Source: Eledone cirrhosa (taxonomy: Eukaryota). From it: a stretch of DNA of 64,000 nucleotides. Every line of letters begins with the position of its first letter. The first letter of the stretch is position 1. The position numbers and the translations under genes are program-made. Shown here one piece after another: positions 11,401 through 23,500 of the stretch. The stretch lies in contig OZ024747.1 in assembly GCA_964016885.1 (NCBI GenBank), positions 84,506,001-84,570,000 on the forward strand, written 5' to 3'. The notes beneath the pieces were generated by a model. The model saw only the letters and a list, made by a program, of their open reading frames with translations. It was not told the origin of the DNA and did no database searches.

Positions 11401-14400
11401 TTCCAATAGACAAAAGAACTAAAATACTTGAGAGGCACATTAATTCCAGTACAGTTCAATATGAAGAATTATGTCGAGGTGGCGATCTTCTGGTAACTTT
11501 TTTCTTTTCTTATCATTTTTTTGTTTTTTGGGGGTTTTTTTTTTGCACTTTGCTATTGTATGGTAATGGCTGTTGTTATTGTTGTTGCTCAGGTTCTGTT
11601 TAGCATTGTGTCACAAAGATAATTGTTCAAATGATATGGTGGGATTCCCCAATCCATTGTTTCAGATATGCCTTAGCTCCATCTGACAGCAGACCTTTTT
11701 GTATCCTAGGGCATGCAGTGGTTTACTGTATGATGTGCCTTGTAGCTGTCAAAGGAGCAAATTGTTTTGTATGCCAGTACATTCTTGTGGTCACCACAGC
11801 ATTAATGGGGGAAATGGATTCAGTTGGAACACTAAAGCTACAGTTCTTTCCTATTTATCATTGGGTGAGGTATATGCCTCAGTACAGTGTTTAATACCTA
11901 ATTAGATTACAGTTTATTTTTCTGAAAAAACACTAATGAATTTATAAATATGTATGTTTGAAAACCTTGTACAAGCTTATGCTAAATTTGCACTGCCTGC
12001 CTAAATGCTCCTTATTATAACCATATTAAGGATGTATTAAGCAGCAGTTACATAGGTCAGGTCACTCTTGAGTGCTACTGGTAACATGTAAACCAGTACA
12101 ACCTGTCACATGGTCGGGTCGTCGGCGACTAAACTGGCAACCCCACCAAGTTTACTTGGTGAGGAGGGTGATTTTGGACACCCTGCAGGACAAAAAAAAA
12201 CCTGACAAAGGGCGGAAGAACTCATAAGAGTCAACGGCTATCCAAAAATGTGTAAATATGTATATGCACATGTACATGTGTATGTGTATGCATGTGTATA
12301 TGCCTGGGGTGTCAGGGAGGGGCATATACCTCTGTAGGGGGCGCTAGCCATGCCCTTTTCAGGACAGCTCGTCCTGCATTGGGGCCCACCTGACACTCAG
12401 CTCTCACCTGTGGCCCCAAGAAACTGTAGCATGTGACAGCGACGACACCCCAGTAAACTGCCTTGGTTGGCGGGCTGAACCAGGTTGAGGGTAACTGGAC
12501 GGGTCTGAAACCCCCCGGTGAGTTAGATAGGAGATGCCTGCCCCTGCATGCAAAGACTAGACCCAGCAGAGTGAGTGGAGGAGGACAACATCATCCCAAA
12601 GGTCACAAAGGTGGCGACAGCAAGCAGTGTGGAGCGCTAGGGCACTGCAAGGCACTACAGACATCGTCCCATCCACTGCAGCCAAGGAAGTCCCTGGTCG
12701 TGACGGTCCTCCATGCCACTGGATTCTGGCTTCTGCGGCCGAGTGAGTGGGACCGTCACTGTGCACTGGCCTTCCCACTATAAACCTTTCCCGCACAGGT
12801 TTCTTCTTTAGCGTGCACTCCCAAAGCCATGCGGCGATAGGCAAGAGGCGGAGGTAACAGAAGGAGGTAACCTCTGGGAGTTGCCAGTCTGACTCCTGTC
12901 TCTTCCCCTGCCCCCACTGTCCCCGGACCTGCAAGTCAAGGATCGGCCTCCACAGCCACCTTCGTGCCCACGGCAGACGGGAACAACAATAAAGAAGATG
13001 TCATCATCGTTTACGATGGACAACCAAGACATAGGTCAATTAAAAGTGGCTGAAAAGAAAAAGTCTCAAACCTTCTCGAGTGTATTATATATGCGTGTGT
13101 GTGTGTGTGTTATTTATTGTTTGTTTGCCCAATACTATCAAACGATTTTTAAAATATTTTTTAAAAAAAACCTTATAGTCAAATTTTTGGAAAGCACAAC
13201 TAAAATGCAGTTGGCGAACAACTAAGAATCTGTATTACAGAGTGAAAGAGGAGGTTATGAGTTATAAACCCAGAATTGTCATGTTTCATGACATCATAGG
13301 AGAAGAAGAAATCAACCATATTCTAAAAGAATCTCAGCGAAAGGTAAATAGTATGGCTTTATTTCCCTTTCTTTTGTGTTCTTACTTTCTAACACCCTCT
13401 TTCTCATATACATAAAAATAAATGGCTGCATCTCTGTTTCGAGAATTGCCATCCCTTCACCTTTTTATCATACATGTGTTGCATGAACATGGCATTTTAG
13501 TCCTGCCAAGGACTTAGATTCCTATCTGTATATGCTGCAACAAAAGAAAAAAGAAAGGGCCTGGGTTCACATAAAAAAATATCAAATCCAAACTAAAACT
13601 ACAAGTTTTCCCCTTCAAAATAATCCCCTTGAGTCTAACACATTTTCCCATCCTTCTGTCATACCTCCATGCACTCCTTGAAGGATTTTCCCGGAATTCT
13701 ATGCGCCACCCTGTCCATCATTCAGCAGCTTTGGCACCATCTTTGCGCAGACCCTCGCATACGGGTGGATAGGGGTTAAATCGACTTCACCCTTCTCTTG
13801 CAACTCTTTGTTCCTGTACCTGTGTAAGAATTCATTATTATTATTTTTAGTTCTTCAAATCAAATGTTGGAGATGATGATGTAATTCGTGGGATGACCAC
13901 AAGCCTTGTGAGTGAAAGGTAAAACAATGACCTTTTTATCTGTTTAATCTGTTTACTAATCCTGCTGCGGTACACATCCTGAATATCATATTAGCTAATG
14001 TTGATCCACCATAGTTTATTTCCAACATTGATTGTATATAATCCAGTTTCTGATGTTGATCCAGTAGTTTTGGTATTTATTCTATGTAATCCAGTTTAGT
14101 GTTGATCCTGTGTCATCTAATTACTGGTGTCAATCCTGTATCATCCAGTTACTGGCATTGATCTTGTATAATCCACTTTTTGTTAATACTGTATAATTTT
14201 TATGTTGATCCTATGTAATTCATTTTTATGTTGATACAGTATAATTCATATTTTTATGTTGATCCACTATAATCCCTATTTTTGTGTTTATCTTGTTTAA
14301 ACCATATTTTTATGTTGATTTTGTATAATCTATAATTTTATGTTGATCCAGTATAATCCCTATTTTTAAGTTGATCCAGTATAATCCCTATTTTGTGTTG

Positions 14401-17400
14401 ATCTTGTATAATCCATAGTTTTATGTTGATTTTGTATAATGCAGTTTTTTGTTATTGATTCTGTAATCTGTTTCTAATTTTTCAGTGCATGGCTATGGGA
14501 CTCAGATCCTGTTTTACGTAGATTATCCCACAGGATTGAAACCATCACTGGATTGAATACTCAGCTCAAAGTTTTTGCCTCAAATGCTGAACCACTTCAG
14601 GTAAGAATAATTTATGTTAAACTTAGCTTCTTTAGTCTTTACATTTTGACCACACACAGATGTATTGTTGTTGAGCCCCAGATCAGCTCTGGTTGAACCG
14701 ATCCATGAACACAGATGTTCAAGCTGTATGTATGTATGTATATATGTATGTATGTGTGTATATGTTTGTATGTGTGTATGTGTGCATGTATGTATGTGTG
14801 TATGGGTGTGTATTAAAAATGTGTGTATGTATGTACGGAACTTACATTTTTTATGGAGTCATAGAGAGGTGCATAGTGACATATGATGTGTCTTGGCATT
14901 TAAATCTAGAGGAGCCTATCCCCTCTCCAATTTTAAACACAGCTGACAGAGAGAGAAAGTGATAGAGAGGAAGTGAGAAAGAGATATGGAGGACGAATCA
15001 ACACTAGTACTTAACTGGTACTCTTTTATTGACCTCAAAAGGATGAAAGGTGAAGTTGACTTTGGCAGTATTTGAACTCAAAGCACAAAGAGCTTGAACG
15101 AATACCAAAAACATTCTATCCAATGTTTTAATCTCCATTGAAAATCTTTTGCTCTATCACTGGTTTGACCTAGTGGACTGTGTCTATGATGTAACACTGT
15201 ATGTATTTATGTTTGCTATTAAATTTTGTTCATAGGTTGTAAATTATGGTATTGGAGGAAGGCATGAGCAGCATGTTGATTATTTTGTAAGTATTTGTCT
15301 TTTTCTTTTTTTGTTCCACAAATATTTTAACCCTTTCATCAACAAGCACTTAAATCTAAGGGTCTAGAACATACGCTGTTGTTTTTTTTAACCTTTTTGA
15401 TACCAATCCACCCAAAACCACTAATTCTAATGAGTTCCTATTTAAGTTAAAGCCTTCTAGTATATATTTTAATCTTTTGTTATGTTACAAATACCATCTT
15501 TATGAAAAATTAATCATCATCCCCCTCATTTCTTTTTTTATAATTTATCATCCAGGAATCTAAGGAGCAGCTGGAACAATCTGCAAGTCAATTCCTCATT
15601 GGTTCTGGAGATCGTATTGCATCATTAATATTTCAAGTAAGTGACTCTTTACTATTGATTTGGGAGAGAAATTAGTAAAATATGTTGTCAAAATTCTTTT
15701 ACATACTTTAATGTTGCTGTAGGTCATTTTTTTATAGCAAACCACCTGAAACCACCCTAGATTTATAATACAAAACTGCTCATTTTAAAATATTTATCCT
15801 TATATCAAAACCTTACATCATAATTTTATTTTACAAATTTTTTTCCTTATATCATAATTTTTTTCTTTATATAATAATAATTTTATTTTACAAATTTTTT
15901 TCCTTATATCAAAACCTTACATCATAATTTTATTTTACAAATTTTTGTTAAATAAAACAATAATAATTTTGCTTTCCTTTTTTTTACACCACTTCTTTTA
16001 AAACATTGAATTGGAAGAGTCATTAAGAATGTCAGATAGAATGCTTTGCAGTATGCTTTTCAACTCTCTACCCACTGAGGTCAGCTTTGTTTTTCATCCT
16101 TTCAAGGTTGATAAATAAAGTACCAATCTAGTATTGGAATTGATTCTACCTCTATATCTCTTTCTCACTTACTTACTTTCTCCTTTACTTTGTCTTTCTC
16201 TGGAAGAAATTGGTTGTGTTCAGACCTGGAGAGGTTGTGATAGCATCAGAAGTTAAGATCTCATAGATGAAGAGATGGATGGATGCACTGTTTTTTATCA
16301 TTGTTCTTTCTCTCTTTTAGCTATCCGATGTTACACTTGGAGGGACAACTGTTTTCCCAAAGATCAATGTGAATATACCTGTAATAAAGGTAGGTTTTAC
16401 AATTATTTTCTATCGCCAACGTTTGTGGGATGGAAGAAATATTTCAACACAATCTGTCTTATACTGGTTCTAATATATATTCTAATATATCCATAAGGAT
16501 ATTTATCCTACATCTATATCCTATATCCATAAGGATATTTATCCTAACACATTTGATATCAAATCGCATGAAACTACCCCAGATTATATGATACAGATGT
16601 ATTTGTTTTAAAGTGTCTATGACACCTAAACATTTTTTTTTGTATTTCTGATGCAGGGTTCAGCAGTTTTTTGGTACAATTTCAAAAGCAACCAGCGTCG
16701 AGATCCTCGAACATTGCATGCTAGTTGTCCAGTTGTGATTGGATCAAAGTGGGGTAAGTAAGAGTTTAGTTAAAACTACACCATATTGCTAATAGAATGA
16801 AGTGGCTAACAAAAGGCCTATTGTATTGTTTATATAATCTTCAGACGAAGGTTGGTTCATCTTACTAGCTAGCTATACAATAATTCTGGCTTATATGGAA
16901 TACAAGATGGATCTTTCAATGGTTTCGATGACAGGCATTCAGATGTCTGATCAACTGAATGCCTTGCTGTGTAACTGGCTGAATATTTCAGACACATGTA
17001 CTCATAAAATAATTCTCTGGTGGAATCATTATGATGCAATATGACAAGGCTGGACTTTTGAATTACAGGCTAAAGTCCACAGGTTCATCGCCAGGCTTTG
17101 GTGCTCGGGTGAGCTTCAGAACATTTTGGGTGCACACTATAATTCACAATAATTCTAATGCAGAATTTCAGAATAAACACATCCCCATAAAGTTTAAGGG
17201 GAATTACCACAATCACACTGACCCAACCTTTATCACAACAGGCCTGAGAGTTCACTTAGCAGGCTTCCATGGAATTTCCGTCTACCCAATTTAACTCACA
17301 AGGCTTGAGTCAATCCAAAGCTATGGTACAAAAACATTTGTCCAAGATGCCACACAGTATGAATGAACCCAGAACCACATGAATGCAAAGTGAACTTTTT

Positions 17401-18171
17401 AACCATTCAGCCATCCCAGTGTCAACATACAACACATAGGACAAAGTAGTCACCCATATAAAGATAGGTGGTGATATGTAATTAATTGAATTCACTTCAA
17501 TATATGAGAGCTACTTATATCATCAGAACCTTGGAGAATGAATACAAAATGAACTATGCCAGGAGATTTGAACACAGAATGAAGATGAAATAAAGCCATT
17601 TAGTTTGGCATTCTACCATTTAGTCATGCTGAGCTTATAACAACAGTTCTTGAAAATAGAATGAGATCCCTTGAGAATTCCTGGTACAACACATGCTACA
17701 GAGGAAGAGGAGACAGGAACTTCTACCCTCTCTTCATCTGCACCATATATCACACCAGAAATCCCCAACATATTTCATTTCATTTATTGTGGCATGTGAT
17801 TGAGTGTGCGGGGTCTTCACCCCTCCATTTTTTCTTCTTCTAGTATTTCCACACCCTTTTTTTCTTTTTTTAGTACTGTATATATATGTGTGTCTGAAAG
17901 AAATGTATTATATATAACTTTAACTTTGATAGGTTTCGGCCAGTATTGTCTAACTTAATAGCATAAATACAAAAATAGCATAAATATAAAAAATTTATTT
18001 AAAACCTTAGAAACTTGAAAAAATAATAAAACTGTTGTTAAAAAGCCCAGCATATCGTTTAACAGTATTTCTGTTTTGTTTCCAATTTCAGTCTCAAATA
18101 AATGGATTCATGAGATAGGTCAGATGTTCCGACGACTATGTGGATTAAAAGTAAATGCTGAAGATAGTTAA
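5499..18171 (+). CDS. P4HA: Prolyl 4-hydroxylase alpha subunit-like gene 1 (spliced, 14 coding exons, ~544 aa)
   Basis: GT-AG exons with consistent phase: 5499-5704, 6730-6896, 8029-8113, 9419-9665, 10604-10655, 11341-11492, 13179-13343, 13851-13918, 14486-14600, 15236-15286, 15556-15636, 16321-16389, 16657-16753, 18092-18171 (1635 nt, no internal stop). The product has a signal-peptide-like N-terminus, NPLNAYHML, WPTERDIIGAALGLFRLQNIY, YEELCRG, PRIVMFHDII, SAWL, AEPLQVVNYGIGG..HVD, GDRIAS, LSDVTLGGTTVFP, GSAVFWYN, TLHASCPVVIGSKWVSNKWIHE. Confidence 0.93.
5750..6645 (-). mobile_element. Degraded RTE LINE RT fragment in intron 1 of gene 1
   Basis: VDSFCYL..RIGWKRFRELL..KGFSLRTKGWLYDACVRSVMY (ORF 5853-6044), homologous to the 40392-42965 element. 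Confidence 0.85.
8175..8360 (+). mobile_element. tRNA-derived SINE (GGATTGGCAGTATC...GAGTTCAAATCCCGCCGAGGTTGACTTTGCCTTTCATCC family)
   Basis: A-box- and B-box-like motifs. Near-identical copies at 34709-34899, 35647-35825, 26015-26228(-), 32030-32215(-), 50380-50645(-), 58010-58400(-). Confidence 0.8.
8620..9310 (-). mobile_element. Degraded RTE LINE RT fragment in intron 3 of gene 1
   Basis: Minus-strand similarity to the RT core (YADDL, AFVDLEKA, YRGIKL) of the 40392-42965 element. Confidence 0.8.
12055..13030 (+). mobile_element. GC-rich interspersed repeat, probably the 5' UTR/start of a LINE
   Basis: An abrupt GC-rich insert in AT-rich intron 6 of gene 1, with motifs reminiscent of RTE/BovB-like 5' regions. 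No coherent ORF. Confidence 0.35.
14000..14460. repeat. Degenerate ~30-bp minisatellite (TTGATCCAGTATAATCCCTATTTTTATG-like)
   Basis: About 14 recurring GTTGATCC..TATAATCC units in intron 8 of gene 1, ending just before the 14486 acceptor. Confidence 0.8.
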
Positions 18172-18245
18172 AACAACTAATATACACAACCATGGTTCAT
18201 ATTAACACTAGCAACACTGCATATTATATAACATTATATCATGAA

Positions 18246-18260
18246 CAAAATAAATAAAAT
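18246..18260 (+). promoter_or_regulatory. Candidate polyadenylation signals of gene 1
   Basis: Overlapping AATAAA hexamers ~80 nt after the stop codon, with another at ~18386 followed by a GT-rich tract. Confidence 0.4.
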
Positions 18261-19507
18261 ATCATTTAATTAATGTAATTAGCACAGGTAGATGACGAAA
18301 GAGACAACATGAAACTCTGAGTAGCGATCTGTAAGAGATACAAGTTTGCATAAAAATTAATATATGATTTGATGATTATTTTTTAAATAAAATGTTTGTG
18401 GTTTGTTATTATTGTTAGTTGTTGTTGTTGTTGTTGTTTAGTCCTCAGAACAGAAAAAAGTAAGAGAATCCTGGCCAGATATGGCCAATTTAAATGCTAA
18501 AGGGTTAAAGGACCTCAGTTTTATACAAATTTGTAGAATTAACTTAAGTATATAATAATTTCATGCAATCAATAAATTAATCACTAAACATCTGTGCCAC
18601 ATAGCATCAGTATGCAAATATCTAAAGAAGAGGAGGAGGGCTATAATGTGTTATTATCTTTCACATAATTTGTCATAAGTGAGTGTGGACTGTGTAGTAG
18701 AAAATGTAAGCTTAGTGATTTTCTAAGTGTGGTCAGAGCAAGAAATGTTAAAAAAACTAGATTTATCAGCTTGCCAAACAATAAGTTGAAATTATTTTAT
18801 TTGTGTGTGTGACAGCTCACACCTATGCAGGTTTAGCTGGCCTCCTCGAAGGTATATCTCGTTGGAGGTGTCTTGGGTGATTTAATGATAGGGAGCCCAG
18901 TCCTATCATCTCATTTCTACAGCTGAGTAAACTGGAGCAAAGTGAAATAAAGTGTCTTGCTCAAGGAAACAACACATCACCCGGTCCGAGAATTGAACTC
19001 ACAACCTTTTGATTGCAAACCCAATGCTCTAACCACTAAGCCTATGATCCTTTCAAAATTGAACTCACAACCTTTTGATTGCAAACCCAATGCTCTAACC
19101 ACTAAGCCTGTCACTCATTTCATTGCATACCAATCAACAGAAAAGAACTTATCAACCATCTCTGAACAGCTCTAAAGAGATCAGGAGCTTGCTAACTAAA
19201 TATGTCTGATTGACAGTTTTTCTCTGACCTGTCAAAGCACAGATCACACCAAAAACTTGATTTGTTAATCGGGCCTATGAAAACAATAATGTTGACCAAA
19301 AAATCAATACAGATTTGCATCAGCCATCCTTTCCTCATTTAATTTCTTATTTGCTGGATTCTATGCTCATTGGAAAAAATATAAGAGTATGCAGACTTAT
19401 TTGGAATTACTTCTGTAACATTTCATTTGACTGGATCTGCCTTGTATTTGCTTTGAAGAGTTGATATTAACAACACACATATATATTGTACTCATATTTT
19501 TACACAC

Positions 19508-19557
<50 letters not shown>

Positions 19558-19673
19558 CATATATATACACGTAACCACACACACACACACACATATATAA
19601 GGAGAGAGAGAGAGAGATTCACACACACATACACGATTTTTGAAAGAGATAAGAAATCATCCACAAAATCTCC

Positions 19674-20526
19674 ATGTTCAAGCTAACAGTCGCTGCAATC
19701 TTTCTGCTGTGGTCCACACAATCATCCATTAATATTAATGGTGAGATCTTTTCATCTGTTGTTAAACTGAAAGTAGTGTCCAATCTGGAACAGATCTTGT
19801 TGAGTACCCTCAGAAAATTTATTGGAAGTCAAAATGGTGTGGAGTCAAGAGATATTGGTGGCCAAAATATGAAGGATATCATTAGGTAAGATTGAAAGAA
19901 ACTGTTTCGTTCCTTATGCTGATTCACTAATATTTATAAGCACACTACTATACATTCAATGTACAGATTACCCTTACCCCACTTTTCTCTTCATTTTCTC
20001 TCACTCTTTCTACCTACCTACCTATCTGGATGGTGAATTGCAGAGTCGTTAGAATGTTGAAAAGAATGGTTTGTAATATTCGTTCTGAGTCTCTGCACTC
20101 TCTGAGTTCAAATACATCTTTTCAAGGTCAATAAAAAAAAAGGTACCAGTCCAGTACTTGAGTCAATTTTTTCTCTATATATCTTTCTCACTTCTTGTCT
20201 CTCACTTTCTCTCTCTCCTTCTCTGAAAGAAATCAGCTCTGGAGCGGAAATGGGTTTCACCAGGTTTAAAGTGCCCAAGATATGTTACATGCAATGAAAG
20301 CACCCTACGATTATATCAAGAGTTACTGGTCTATACATAGCTACCTATTGTCTACTTATATCTTATAAATTTATCTACTTGCCTGTCTCTCTCTTTCTAT
20401 ATCTATATATCCATTTATCTGAAGAAGATTTATTCATTTTATTCACATTCTTACAATATGGGCACAATGGGTGCTCACACAGTTTAATTAGAGAAGCAAT
20501 GTGGTGTGCTAGATTCTTAGTCTCTT

Positions 20527-20559
<33 letters not shown>

Positions 20560-23500
20560 CATCATCATCATCATCATCAACGTTTAACGTCCATGTTCCA
20601 CGCTTGCATGGGTTTGGACGGGGGTTTTCCCACTTGAGGCAAGAGTGATTGTCTTGCTCACATAGGACTGTCTGGCAGGTTTTCTACAGCTGGATACCCT
20701 TCCTAACACCAACCACATTTACAGTGTGGGTCTGGGAGGTTTTTACCGTGTTGCCTACACGGCCACATTACAGCGTGGACTGTGTTTTTTTTTGTCATGA
20801 CACCTACACGATCTCATTTGTTTCGGCCTGGATGGCGTGGCACCAACATAACTTTACATTGAAGGGGCGGTGTGGATGGGGGGGGGGGTATTTTGTTAGA
20901 GATGCCTACTGGCTGTAGTAGGTTTTACTTTGTATTTAGGTAAGGCGGGTCTTCTCTATTACTGAGATATATATATATATGTATATATATTTGCTAGGAT
21001 ACAAGAGGAAGGGCAAGTAATACTGGAAGTTTAGGGGAAGAAGAGAGACAAGATGAGGTATTGAATAAGGGGTAGGATAGGGATAAGAATACCCCGAGGG
21101 GTGGGGTAGTGGTAAGAGTAGCTAGAATGCTGGACAACCAGTTTAATGGTCAGTAGCCCATATTATGTCACCAACTAACTCTTATAATGGGTAATGAAGG
21201 AACTTAACCCCTAATGAAATACTTTGTATTTTAATTAACTAATTAATAATTTGGGAAGGGTTTACTAAAATTATGATTTCATTAAAATGTTATTTATAAC
21301 ATAACAATATAGTCTTATATAAAATTATGAGAGGTTTTAATTTAAGTAGGAACCCTTTAAGATGGGTGGTTTGATTTCATAGAAACAGAGGCTGTTTTGG
21401 GTGGGTTGGCATGAAAAGAGTTAACCAATAAATAGTACCATGTCGTCTGCAAATTCCAACCAACTGATCCTACACTGCCAGACCAGATACCACTTCCAAC
21501 CTGGCTGCACATGTCAATCCTATTCATAAAGATTATTTAAGAAATTTTTGTAATGTTTGAAATGTCAGCTTACTAATGAAAAGATTAGTTATCTCATCAA
21601 ATTCTTAATTTTTTTTATTAATTGATACACATAGGGAGTATATTTCATTAGAAATAAGGTTAAAAAAAGGGTTAACAGCAGGAAGTTTTTTTCTGTGACA
21701 TATGTATGACCATGTCAACACTGCTACTTGGAGTCGTTTACCATCCCCAAAATTACCATCAGGACACTCAACTTTGTGATAACCTCAGAGCTGCTGCCAG
21801 GAAAACAGCCACTTATGTCTTTATTGCAGGAGACTTCAATCACGCTGAGATTGACTGGGAAACCTTTCGTTGGCCGCCAAGTGCAAATGACTTCCTTGAG
21901 CTAGTGCTGGACTCGAATTGGTCCCAAGTAGTCACCTCCCCAACAAGAGGTGACAACACTTTGGACCTACTCTTCACCACTACTCCTGAAACGGTCATTA
22001 GTGTTACTGCTGAGGAACCTTTAGGTGACTCTGATCATGCTATGATCATTGTCAATCTATCCCTCATGGGCAGTAACAAGAACCACAACCATCTCCAAAC
22101 TGCTCACTTTGACTGGAATAAAGCAGACTGGAACTGTTACTGCACCGAGCTGCAACGTCCAAACTGGCTTGAGTTCTACGAATCTGGAGATGTCAACACT
22201 GTACTCCAGAACATCCTGAGCTCAATATGGACAGCATGTGCAGCATCGGTGCCACGTAAGCGGAAAAAACATCCCAAAAGTGCAATTTGGGAGACTGCAG
22301 CAGTCCGTCTTGCCAGAAAAGAACGTTGTAATGCTGAACGTGAGTACAAACTGCACAAATCAGACATCAATAGGAAGAGGCGAAATAAATCGTCCAACCA
22401 CCTCAAACAGGTGACAAAAAAGGCAGTGCTTCAATTTGAGCAGCGCATAGCAACCAGCCCTGATAGTAAGGTGTTCTGGAAGTATGTTCACTCAAAGCAG
22501 AGGCCTCACTCTCCAGTTGGTTCTCTTCACAATCCCCACACAAGCCAGGTTACTGACAGCCCCAAGGAATGGGCAGAGCTCATTGCTGAATGCTATGCAG
22601 GCATTTTCACTATTGAAGACCAGAGTGTACCGTCTCCACCACCTATGACACCGGACTCTATTACAACCATGTTACACCTGCAATGCTGTAACGTCACCTA
22701 AAAAATAAATGCAACCATGCCTCTCCTGGTCTTGATGGTGTTACGTACCTGCTTCTTAAACGTGGTGGGTACTTCCTTCTGCACCAGCTATCATGCTTCT
22801 TCCAATTCTGTCTAAACAACGGTGCTACTCCAGAACAGTGGAAAACTGCCAGTGTCATTCCTCTGTTCAAAAAGGGTGACCGCACATCACCTGTGAACTA
22901 TCGTCCAGTCAGTCTTACTAGTTGCATTGCCAAACTGATGGAATCCTGTGTCAGAGAAACACTTTGGAACTTCTGGAACTCTCACAGTCTTATCCAGCCC
23001 TCGCAATTTGAATTTATCCCCAACTCCAGCTGCTGTGATCAACTTATCGAGTTTCTTGAGGACATCACCCGGATCACTGATGGTGGCTCATGGGTGAATG
23101 TTGTTTACCTTGACTTTGCGAAAGCTTTCAATTCTGTGCCACACAAAAGGCTTATGGCAAAACTCTCTGCAATGGGTGTGAAGGATGATCTTTTTAACTG
23201 GTTCAAGTCCTTCATTCTCAGTCGAAGAGAGGTAGTCACAGTTCTGGGACAGCATTCCTCACCATATAAGATGTCATCTGGTGTACCACAGGGATCTGTT
23301 CTTGGCCCCCTTTTGTTTGTGGCATATATTAATGATAATATAAATATTAATGATAATATAGATGCCAACTTAAAGAATGCCACAGTACTAAAGTACGCAG
23401 ATGACATCAAGCTGTACCTTGAGATAAAAAGGACAGATCCTGAACACTATAGATCTTGCTTGCAGTCTGACCTGGACACAATGCAACAATGGATCTCAGA

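Noticed and set aside
14000-14460. Regularly spaced ~30-bp repeats resembling a CRISPR array
   Set aside because: The units are degenerate with no unique spacers, lie in a eukaryotic intron and have no cas genes nearby. This is a minisatellite.
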